Shown here piece after piece: positions 9,782-16,933 of a stretch of 31,906 nt of DNA. This stretch comes from Gemmatimonadota bacterium (GTDB lineage Bacteria > Gemmatimonadota > Gemmatimonadetes > Gemmatimonadales > GWC2-71-9), in assembly GCA_039591795.1 (NCBI GenBank), contig JBDHCY010000035.1, positions 1 to 31,906 on the forward strand, given 5' to 3'. Under the pieces are notes generated by a model that did not search any database, was not told the origin of the DNA, and saw nothing but the letters and a program-made list of their open reading frames with translations. Position numbers and translations under genes: made by a program. Within the stretch, counting starts at the first letter, position 1; every line of letters begins with the position of its first letter.

Positions 9782-10718
9782 GTGCACCCGCTCGAGCCCG
9801 TCACGCTCTCGGAGATCGTCGCGGCGCGCGATCGCGTTGCTGGGGCGGTCGTTCGAACGCCCCTCGTTCGACTCAACGTCGAGACCGACACGGCGATCTA
9901 CCTGAAGCTCGAGAACCTGCAGCCAATCGGCTCGTTCAAACTGCGCGGGGCGGGCAACGCCCTGCGCAAGATGGACTCGCGGGCGCTGCAGCGCGGCGTG
10001 TACACGGCGAGCGCGGGCAACATGGCGCAGGGCCTTGCCTGGGCGGCGCGTGAGCTCGGGATTACCTGTCGCGTCGTTGTCCCGGATCGGGCCCCGAAGG
10101 CCAAGCTCGACGCGATTCATCGCGGTGCCGTTCGACGAGTGGTGGCGCGTCATCGTCACGCATGAGTATCCGGGGCTCGACGAGACCTTTGTCCATCCGG
10201 TGAGCAACGCGGATGTCATAGCCGGGAACGGAACCATCGGCCTCGAGATCTTGGAGGATCTCCCCGACATGGCAACCGTCCTGGTGCCGTTCGGCGGTGG
10301 CGGACTCAGTTGCGGGATCGCCTCCGCCATCCGAACGCACGCCCCGGCTGTCCGGGTGTTCGCCTGCGAGATAGCGACTGCGGCACCCCTCAGGGCGTCT
10401 CTGCAGCTCGGGGGGCCGACGGAGGTGAAGCACGAACCGAGCTTCGTCGACGGGATCGGCGGGAAGAGCGTGCTCGACGAGATGTGGCCGCTCGTGCGTG
10501 AGTTGCTCGCCGGGTCGCTCGTGACCTCGGTCGAGGCGGTCGCCGCCGCCGTGCGGACGCTGGTCGAGCGCAATCGTGTTGTGGCCGAGGGCGCTGGTGC
10601 GACCCCGGTAGCGGTAGCGCTTGAGCACGCGCTGGAAGGCCCCGTCGTGTGCATCGTGTCTGGCGGCAACATCGATCCGTCCAAGCTCGCCGACATCCTG
10701 CGCGGCACGGTGCCGTAG
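9782..10718 (+). pseudogene. threonine/serine dehydratase-like PLP-dependent enzyme (fold type II), disrupted by a frameshift near 10115-10145
   Basis: The N-terminal half (frame of ORF 9647..10165) carries the PLP-lysine motif SFKLRGA and ASAGNMAQG. The C-terminal half (frame of ORF 10035..10718) carries FVHPVSNADVIAGNGTIGLEIL, the VPFGGGGLSCGIA glycine loop and a SGGNID C-terminus. The two halves use the same nucleotides in different frames around 10120-10140. The start is GTG 9782, aligned to the TdcB N-terminus. Confidence 0.6.
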
Positions 10719-10806
10719 CGCGTAACGAGAGGTGGCACTGATCCGCGGCCACTTGTCCGCGCACCACCTTCCTGGTAATTGTGTGTGCAGTCATGGGGGA
10801 TTCACG

Positions 10807-11604
10807 ATGAGCTCAACTCCAGTCGACCAGGTCGAAGCGCAAGAGCCGCTCGAAGCCGTGATCAAGGGCGAGGTGCTCCGCATGTATCAGGAGGTGGCGG
10901 ATCACCCCGACGCCGAGTTCCACTTCTTCCATGGCCGCGAGGCGGCAGAAATGCTCGGGTACGATCCTGAGTGGCTGGAGCAGGCCCCAGAAGGCGCCGT
11001 GGTCTCGTTTGCCGGAGTGGGGAACCCGCACGTGCGGAGCGAATTGCGGCCGGGCGAGACGGTGCTCGATCTTGGCAGCGGTGCCGGGCTCGACGGCATC
11101 ATCGCGTCCTGGCAGGTCGGGCCGACCGGTCGAGTCATCGGGGTCGACCTCAATCCGTCGATGTGCATCAAGGCACAGGCCCACGCCGCCGCGTCGGGGA
11201 CTCGGATCGAGTGTCAGGAGGGCCGAATGGAGGAGATCCCCCTCCCCGACGCCAGCGTCGACGTCGTCATCTCGAACGGCGTGATCAACCTGTCGTTCCG
11301 GAAGCGGCTCGTCGTCCGCGAGCTGTTTCGCGTCTTGAAGCCTGGTGGCCGCATCTCGATCACCGACATCGTGAGCGCGAGACAACTGTCACAGTCCATC
11401 GTCAACGACCCCAAACTGTGGGCCAGTTGAATCGGTGGCGCTCTCCCGGAGGGAGAGATGTTCGCGCTGCTCGAGAAGGCCGGGTTCAAGCGAGTGCGCT
11501 CCGCAGCCGTGCCCGGCTTCGCGTTCCGCAAGGACTCGACCAGGGATGCCGCCGAGGCCTACGGGGTGAAGTCTGTGATGATGACCGCTCGCAAGCCCGA
11601 CTGA
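10807..11604 (+). CDS. ArsM/AS3MT-like SAM-dependent methyltransferase with an in-frame UGA (11428-11430) at the conserved Cys position; candidate selenoprotein (265 aa if read through)
   Basis: ATG 10807 is preceded by GGGGGA with a 6-nt spacer. SAM-binding VLDLGSGAG is present, as are IPLPDASVDVVISNGVINLS and FRVLKPGG, which match ArsM. The ORF hits TGA at 11428-11430. The same frame stays open 57 more codons (IGGALPEGEMFALLEKAGFKRV...SVMMTARKPD) to TGA 11602-11604 and continues to align with ArsM/AS3MT. The UGA aligns to Cys in LW(V/G)(G/E)C(L/I)(A/G)GAL. Confidence 0.6.
11441..11457 (+). promoter_or_regulatory. SECIS-like GC-rich hairpin (CUCUCCC-GGA-GGGAGAG) beginning 11 nt downstream of the in-frame UGA
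   Basis: Perfect 7-bp inverted repeat with a G-containing apical loop. The 10-nt spacing from the UGA matches bacterial SECIS placement. The hairpin lies inside the coding frame (encodes LPEGE). Confidence 0.4.
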
Positions 11605-11649
11605 GCGCATCTCGGCAACATCCCAGCTCTTCGTGCGGCCGAGGGCGGC

Positions 11650-12096
11650 TCAGCGCCGCACCGCGATCCCTTGGATCTCAAAATGCCCGCCGCGTAGGAG
11701 CGGGCCCGATCCGATGAAGGCTCGGGCCGGAAACGATTGGCTGAAGTATGTCCGGTAGACGGCGTTGAAGCGGTCGTAGAGAGTGAGATCTGGGCAGAAG
11801 ACCTGCACCGTGACGAGATCGTCCATGGTCATGCCCGCCTCGGACAGCACCGCACGGATTCCATCCAGTGCCAGCCTGATTTCGGCTTCGATCTCAGCGG
11901 GCGGCTGACCGGTTGCCGGATCGACGCCAATCCGGCCGGCGAGGTAGAGTGTGTTGCCGACGAGCACCGCGTTGCTATACGGAAGGTCGTCGCTGCGACC
12001 GGCGACGTTTATCGCCAGTCGAGCGGCAGGTGCATCGCGTGTGCACCCGGACAGGGCGAGCCCTGCGAGCATAGGGAGGATGGCCAAGCTCCTCAT
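11650..12096 (-). CDS. RidA/YjgF family reactive-intermediate deaminase, predicted lipoprotein
   Basis: Internal ATG 12096 is preceded by AAGGAG with a 6-nt spacer. The lipobox MRSLAILPMLAGLALSGC is present. The RidA core reads NAVLVGNTLYLAGRIG...TMDDLVTVQVFC...RAFIG. Confidence 0.75.
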   Translation of the reverse strand: MRSLAILPMLAGLALSGCTRDAPAARLAINVAGRSDDLPYSNAVLVGNTLYLAGRIGVDPATGQPPAEIEAEIRLALDGIRAVLSEAGMTMDDLVTVQVFCPDLTLYDRFNAVYRTYFSQSFPARAFIGSGPLLRGGHFEIQGIAVRR

Positions 12097-12184
12097 CAGG
12101 ATCTCCTTTCGCTGGTGTGGCATGGTCGCGTGCGCGGGTAAGTTGAACGTGGTGCGACGCCGCCGCGAGCCCTCACGCGCCGTG

Positions 12185-12622
12185 ATGAGGGTGGCCGTGG
12201 CCGTGGTGGCCGTTGCGGCGACGCCGGTGCACGCCCTGTCGCAGTTTCGTCCCCCGACGCCCACACGCTCGCTCTCGAGGGGCGAGTACACCAGAGCGCA
12301 GGCGGAACGGGGCGCTCTGGTGTTCCGAGAGACCTGTTCGAGTTGTCACCCGAGGTCGGCCTTCACTGACGGTGGTTTCCGACGGCGCTGGAACGGTCGC
12401 CCGGTCGCTCTGATGTTCACGCTGATCAGCACTGCGATGCCCGAGGACGCGCCCGGCAGCCTTCAACGGGATACCTACGCCGACGTGCTGGCGTACATCT
12501 TTGCACTCAACGGCCTTCCCGCTGGCCCACGTGAGCTGCCGACCGATCTTGGTGCGTTGCGCGAGATCCGCATGGATTTCGTGCCACCTCCGACCCACTT
12601 CCCGCACCGCGAGCAGCGGTGA
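12185..12622 (+). CDS. c-type cytochrome (class I, single CxxCH), secreted
   Basis: Heme-binding motif CSSCHP is present. The N-terminal signal MRVAVAVVAVAATPVHA fits a secreted protein. Start is ATG 12185 (GTG 12182 also possible). Confidence 0.65.
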   Translation: MRVAVAVVAVAATPVHALSQFRPPTPTRSLSRGEYTRAQAERGALVFRETCSSCHPRSAFTDGGFRRRWNGRPVALMFTLISTAMPEDAPGSLQRDTYADVLAYIFALNGLPAGPRELPTDLGALREIRMDFVPPPTHFPHREQR

Positions 12623-12696
12623 GCGGGCGCATGCGGACGGCACCGGGTGCGAATCACGCCGCTTGCTCAGAACGCGCTGCCTCGCGAAGTTTCGAG

Positions 12697-13626
12697 ATGG
12701 ATTTGTACCGGACGAAGCACCGCATGCGCGTTCCCGTCACGCTCGGGGTCGTGGCAGCCCTGGCGTGTGGAGGCGACGCGACCGCGCCCGAGGGTGACGG
12801 CGTGCTCGGAGAGTGGGTGCAGTCCGGCAACCTCCGCCGCAACTACAAGCTCTTCGTCCCATCGTCCTACGACGGATCGACGCCGTTCCCACTCATCATC
12901 GCGTTTCACGGCTTTGCTGGATCTGGCCCAGGGTTCGAGGGGTTCACGGGGCTCGACGCGCCGGCGCAACGACATGGCTTCGTCGTCGCATACCCGAGCG
13001 GCGTTGGCGGCCAATGGGCCACGGGGTGCGACTGCACCGACCCCGATGAAGCAGGGATCGACGACGTGCAATTCGTCTCCACACTGATCGACCATTTGGC
13101 CGAAGGCCTCGCGATCGACCGCGAGCGGGTGTATCTGACTGGGCTCTCGCAAGGTGGATTCATGCTGCTACGCGCGGCGTGCGAGCTTCCCCGTGCCATT
13201 GCCGGCGTCGCGAGTGTCGCCGCCAGTATGTTTCGCGTGACGGGGTTGAGCTGCGCGCCCCGAGGGCCCATTCCGATTCTCTACATTCTCGGCACGATCG
13301 ATGAACTGGTGCCTTGGGGTGGAACCGAGTCTGGCTCGAGCTCGCTCCTTCCCGTCGACGCAGCGGTTGCGCTCTGGACGCGTCTCAACGGATGCCCCGA
13401 CGCACCAGCTGAGCAGAAGGACATCGACGAGATCAATGACGGCACGACGGTCCGCCAGACCACCTACACCCCGTGCGACGACGGCGCAGAGGTCGAGCTG
13501 TACACGGTGTTCGGTGGTGGGCACACCTGGCCAAACTCCCTCCAACTACTGCCGCCGGACCTGGGGCCGATGAGTCGAGACATCGTGGCGAGCGACGTCA
13601 TCGTGGAGTTCTTCTCGCGGCACTGA
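12697..13626 (+). CDS. PHB-depolymerase-like esterase / alpha-beta hydrolase lipoprotein
   Basis: The lipoprotein signal MRVPVTLGVVAALACGG is present. AFHGFAGSG and the nucleophile-elbow-like GLSQGG fit LpqC/PHB depolymerase family esterases. Start is ATG 12697, or ATG 12724. GTG 12619 overlapping the cytochrome stop would place 35 aa before the signal peptide. Confidence 0.7.
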   Translation: MDLYRTKHRMRVPVTLGVVAALACGGDATAPEGDGVLGEWVQSGNLRRNYKLFVPSSYDGSTPFPLIIAFHGFAGSGPGFEGFTGLDAPAQRHGFVVAYPSGVGGQWATGCDCTDPDEAGIDDVQFVSTLIDHLAEGLAIDRERVYLTGLSQGGFMLLRAACELPRAIAGVASVAASMFRVTGLSCAPRGPIPILYILGTIDELVPWGGTESGSSSLLPVDAAVALWTRLNGCPDAPAEQKDIDEINDGTTVRQTTYTPCDDGAEVELYTVFGGGHTWPNSLQLLPPDLGPMSRDIVASDVIVEFFSRH

Positions 13627-13695
13627 GCGTAGGGTACGCGGAAACGCCGGACGGCCAACCTGGCCGCCCGGCGTCCGCTCTCGAGCCCGAACGGA

Positions 13696-14913
13696 TTACC
13701 TTTTGAGCGCCGGCTCACCTGCGAGAACTGCAGCAGCCTCGCCGAGCACCCACTCCAGATCACGCCGCTCGACAACGAGGGGCGGCGCGAACCGCACGAC
13801 TTGTTCGTGCGTCTCCTTCGCGAGGATGCCGCGGTCCATCAGCGCCTCGCAAAAGGCGCGCGCCGGGCCGCTCTCGTTCTTGATCACCACGCCGACGAGG
13901 AGGCCTTTGCCGCGCACTTCCAGGACGTGCGGTGAGTCGATCTGCCTCAGCTCGTCCATGAACCAGTCGCCCAACTCACGAGACCGCTCGGCGAGTTTCT
14001 CGTCCACGATCACCCGAAGTGCCGCGCGACCAATGGCCGCCCCGAGCGGGTTCCCACCGAAGGTCGAACCGTGCTCACCCGGCCCGAACACGCCCATCAC
14101 GTCGTCGTCCGCGAGCATAGCCGACACGGGGTAGAGGCCACCTGAGAGCGCCTTCCCCACGATCATGACGTCGGGACGCACCCCCTCCCAGTCGGAGCAG
14201 AACCGCTTCCCCGTGCGGCCGAGACCGGTCTGGATCTCGTCGGCGGCGAAGAGGATGTTGTGTTGCCTGCAGAGCTCGTAGGTCTCGCTGAGGTAGCCGT
14301 CGGGAGGCACAATCACCCCGCCCTCGCCCTGAATCGGCTCCACGAGGAACGCGCAGGTATTGGGCGTGATCGCCGCCTCGAGCGCAGCAGTATCTCCGTA
14401 GGGAATGACCTTGAAGCCAGGCGTGAACGGCCCAAAGCCGTCGCGATAGCCGGGCTCCGTCGAGAACGAGACGATCGTCGTCGTCCGGCCGTGGAAGTTG
14501 TTCTCGCACACGATGATCTCCGCTTGGTCAGCGGGGATCCCTTTGGCTCGGTAGCCCCAGCGCCGTACAGCCTTGATCGCCGTCTCGACCGCCTCCGCGC
14601 CCGAGTTCATCGGGAGTGCTTTGGCGTAGCCCGCGAACGCGCAGAGCTCCTCGAGGAACGGCCCCATCTGGTCGTTGTGGAAGGCCCGAGAGGTAAGGGT
14701 GAGTCGGCCGAGCTGGGCCTGTGCGGCCGCCACGATGGCTGGGTGGCAGTGTCCCTGGTTCACGGCCGAATAGGACGCGAGACAATCGAGGAACTTGTTG
14801 CCCTCGACGTCCCACACCCAGGCGCCCTCGCCGCGCGTCAGGACGACGGGAAGCGGTTCGTAGTTCTTCGCGCTGAACTGGTCGACCTGGTCGAGAAAGT
14901 CGCTCGTGTTCAT
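13696..14913 (-). CDS. rocD: ornithine--oxo-acid aminotransferase (class III PLP aminotransferase)
   Basis: Start ATG 14913 gives MNTSDFLDQVDQFSAKNYEPLPVV, which aligns with the RocD/OAT N-terminus. ASYSAVNQGHCHP, LTSRAFHND and DEIQTGLGRTGK are class-III aminotransferase motifs. Confidence 0.85.
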   Translation of the reverse strand: MNTSDFLDQVDQFSAKNYEPLPVVLTRGEGAWVWDVEGNKFLDCLASYSAVNQGHCHPAIVAAAQAQLGRLTLTSRAFHNDQMGPFLEELCAFAGYAKALPMNSGAEAVETAIKAVRRWGYRAKGIPADQAEIIVCENNFHGRTTTIVSFSTEPGYRDGFGPFTPGFKVIPYGDTAALEAAITPNTCAFLVEPIQGEGGVIVPPDGYLSETYELCRQHNILFAADEIQTGLGRTGKRFCSDWEGVRPDVMIVGKALSGGLYPVSAMLADDDVMGVFGPGEHGSTFGGNPLGAAIGRAALRVIVDEKLAERSRELGDWFMDELRQIDSPHVLEVRGKGLLVGVVIKNESGPARAFCEALMDRGILAKETHEQVVRFAPPLVVERRDLEWVLGEAAAVLAGEPALKR

Positions 14914-14924
14914 GGTGCCCCATT

Positions 14925-14960
14925 GGTTTGAATATTCATACATGCGAATGCATATTCTAA
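14925..14960. promoter_or_regulatory. AT-rich palindromic elements (TGAATATTCA and GAATGCATATTC) resembling tandem ARG boxes, just upstream of rocD
   Basis: An AT-rich island sits in otherwise GC-rich DNA. It holds the perfect 10-bp palindrome TGAATATTCA at about 14929-14938 and a second half-site-like ATATTC about 14 bp away. The ArgR/AhrC consensus is TnTGAATwwwwATTCAnw. Confidence 0.3.
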
Positions 14961-15235
14961 CATCACCGGTGGGCGGGTGTCCACTCCGCCGGGAGGGCAC
15001 CCCGCTCGGGAAAGATAGTCAGAGGCGAGCCGGTTTCCGATCCCGAGGCGTGCCGCTAGCTTCCGCCCGACTCCTGTCCCGGAGATCGATGCGACTCTGT
15101 GGCACGCCTCGCACGTGCGGCATCTGCCCTCTGTCACACCCCCTCTTCGAGTGCGTGGCCGAAGCTGGTAGGTGCGAATCGCGCCGCTCCCGCTCGACGG
15201 CGGCCCGTCGGGTTGCCAGCGGGACTCACTAAACA

Positions 15236-16477
15236 GTGGACCCACTCACGCACACACTCGTCGGTGCCACGCTCGGCGAGACCCGCCTCAAGCGGCTGAC
15301 GCCGCTCGCCACGCCCACGTTGATCATTGCAGCCAACCTTCCCGATGTGGATGTCGTGAGCTACGCGTGGGGCGAGCACACTGCCCTGGCATTCCGACGT
15401 GGTTGGACACACGGGGCTGTCGCGCTTGTGGTGTTGCCACTGATCCTGACGGCAGTGATGGTGGCATGGGGGCGGTGGCGGCGGTCGGCACGGGACCGAG
15501 GCGGTGGTCGGAGACGATCCGAGACGGTCGAAGACGGTGGAGGACGGTCAAGGACGGTGGAGGGGAATCACGGGCAAGCGAGGGCGGTTGCGGACCGAGA
15601 TGCGGTCCGGCCGCTGGCGATCCTGTCGCTCGCGACGCTTGGCGTCGCGACGCACCCTGCCCTCGACTGGCTCAACACTTACGGAATGCGCTGGTTGATG
15701 CCATTCGACGGACGCTGGTTCTACGGCGACACCTTGTTCATCGTGGACCCCTGGTTGTGGCTGCTCCTGGGCGGTGCGGTGTTCCTCGCGCGATCACGGA
15801 GCCGATGGGCCGTCGGGGGCTGGGCTTTGCTCGCCACCTTCGCCACGATGGTCCTCTTCAGTTGGGCCTTCATCCCTCCCTTGGCCAAAGTGGGGTGGGC
15901 AATCGGCATCGTATCGACCGGCTTCTTCCGGGTCGTGCGAGGACCTCATGCCCGCGCCGACGTGACGCGCCGGCTCGCCACAGCGGCCCTCGTGCTCTCG
16001 CTCACCTATATCGGCGCCATGAGCATCAGCGGTCGGCTCGCCGCGCGCGAGGCCAGCCGTCGTCTGACGCTGGGCGGTGCCGGCCCGATCGCCCGCCTGA
16101 TGGCGGGGCCCCTCCCCGCCGATCCGCTGGGCCGCGATGTCGTCGCCGAGACGCCCGGCGGGTATTGGACCGGAAGCCTCCGCTGGCGTCGCACGCCGCC
16201 CCTCATTGCCGGGCGACCGCCGATCCAACTCGCGCCGGACGATTCCGCTGTGCGTGCGGCCGCTGGCACGCCACAGGTGCGTGCCTTCCTCGGATGGGCA
16301 CGCTTCCCATTCGTCGAGATCGACACGACCCTCCACGGGTTCACCGTCTATTTCCTCGATGCCCGCTACACGCGCACGCGCACCCGCGGGTTCGGCAGTG
16401 CCGTGGTCGACCTCGACGGGACCCTCTCGCCAGTAGCAGCTTCGCTCCCGGGCGAGGCGCTGCCCGCCGCCCGCTGA
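15236..16477 (+). CDS. YdjM-family membrane-bound metal-dependent hydrolase (DUF457) with long C-terminal extension
   Basis: GTG start. MDPLTHTLVGATLGE...LIIAANLPDVD and HPALDWLNTYGMRWLMPF...FIVDPWLW are typical of the YdjM/PF04307 family. A low-complexity repeat insertion is present, plus about 230 extra C-terminal residues. Confidence 0.6.
   Translation: MDPLTHTLVGATLGETRLKRLTPLATPTLIIAANLPDVDVVSYAWGEHTALAFRRGWTHGAVALVVLPLILTAVMVAWGRWRRSARDRGGGRRRSETVEDGGGRSRTVEGNHGQARAVADRDAVRPLAILSLATLGVATHPALDWLNTYGMRWLMPFDGRWFYGDTLFIVDPWLWLLLGGAVFLARSRSRWAVGGWALLATFATMVLFSWAFIPPLAKVGWAIGIVSTGFFRVVRGPHARADVTRRLATAALVLSLTYIGAMSISGRLAAREASRRLTLGGAGPIARLMAGPLPADPLGRDVVAETPGGYWTGSLRWRRTPPLIAGRPPIQLAPDDSAVRAAAGTPQVRAFLGWARFPFVEIDTTLHGFTVYFLDARYTRTRTRGFGSAVVDLDGTLSPVAASLPGEALPAAR
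15511..15560. repeat. five tandem degenerate 10-bp units (RAGACGGTSN) inside the YdjM-like CDS
   Basis: The units are GAGACGATCC, GAGACGGTCG, AAGACGGTGG, AGGACGGTCA and AGGACGGTGG. They encode the Gly/Arg/Glu-rich loop RRRSETVEDGGGRSRTVEGNHG. Confidence 0.5.
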
Positions 16478-16498
16478 GCGTCCCGGCGGCCTCTCGGC

Positions 16499-16544
16499 TT
16501 GACAGGAAAAGAGAAACGTCTTACTGTATCGTAACACCGATACA
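16499..16544 (+). promoter_or_regulatory. sigma70-like promoter (TTGACA-17nt-TACTGT) overlapped by a perfect inverted repeat TGTATCG-N6-CGATACA; likely GntR autoregulatory operator
   Basis: TTGACA lies at 16499-16504 and TACTGT at 16522-16527. The palindrome at 16525-16544 sits about 12 nt upstream of the GntR GTG start. Confidence 0.45.
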
Positions 16545-16555
16545 CTCGAGCGCCA

Positions 16556-16933
16556 GTGTTTGACACGATTGACCCCCGCAGCCCGACGCCGCTCTATGCC
16601 CAGATCGCCCAGCGTATCAGGGTCGCGATTGGTGCCGCAGAGTTGAGACCAGGTGAGGCGTTGCCTTCGGTGCGGGCCCTGGCGGCTCGACTTCGCGTCA
16701 ACCCGGCAACCGTCGTTCAGGCATATCGAGAGCTCGACAGCGATGGTTTCGTGGAAACGCGTCATGGGGCCGGAACGTTCGTCCGCGAGGTCGTGGCGGA
16801 GCGGCGCGCGGACGCGCGGATCGAGCAGGCACGCCGGCTCGTTCGCTCGATGTTGGCCGAAGCCGGGCGGGCGGGGCTCTCGCGGGCTGACCTCGAGATC
16901 GCGCTGACGGACGCACTCGGGGAGTGGTCGTGA
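16556..16933 (+). CDS. GntR family transcriptional regulator, short YtrA-like subfamily
   Basis: 125 aa. The GntR winged HTH reads LPSVRALAARLRVNPATVVQAYRELDSDGFVETRHGAGTFV. The short C-terminal domain is typical of YtrA-type regulators preceding ABC transporters. The stop overlaps the next start (GTGATGA). Confidence 0.85.
   Translation: MFDTIDPRSPTPLYAQIAQRIRVAIGAAELRPGEALPSVRALAARLRVNPATVVQAYRELDSDGFVETRHGAGTFVREVVAERRADARIEQARRLVRSMLAEAGRAGLSRADLEIALTDALGEWS

Noticed and set aside
9671-10738. 355-aa ORF on the minus strand antisense to the PLP dehydratase-like gene
   Set aside because: It is Ser/Thr/Ala/Arg-rich, has low complexity and no motifs. The opposite strand carries clear PLP-enzyme homology.
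11428-11430. Treating TGA 11428-11430 simply as the authentic stop of a truncated methyltransferase
   Set aside because: It is not fully rejected. It is disfavoured because 57 downstream in-frame codons keep strong family homology, the codon sits exactly at the invariant Cys, and a SECIS-positioned hairpin follows. A recent nonsense mutation or sequencing error is still possible.
12619-12696. GTG 12619 as the esterase start, which would be translationally coupled to cytochrome c
   Set aside because: It would put about 35 residues in front of an obvious lipoprotein signal peptide. The internal ATG 12697 or 12724 is more plausible. The coupling possibility cannot be fully excluded.
15215-15245. 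CACTAAACAGTG inverted repeat upstream of the YdjM-like gene as a LexA/SOS box (E. coli ydjM is SOS-regulated)
   Set aside because: It does not match the CTGT-N8-ACAG consensus. The LexA motif for this lineage is unknown to me, so this is too speculative.
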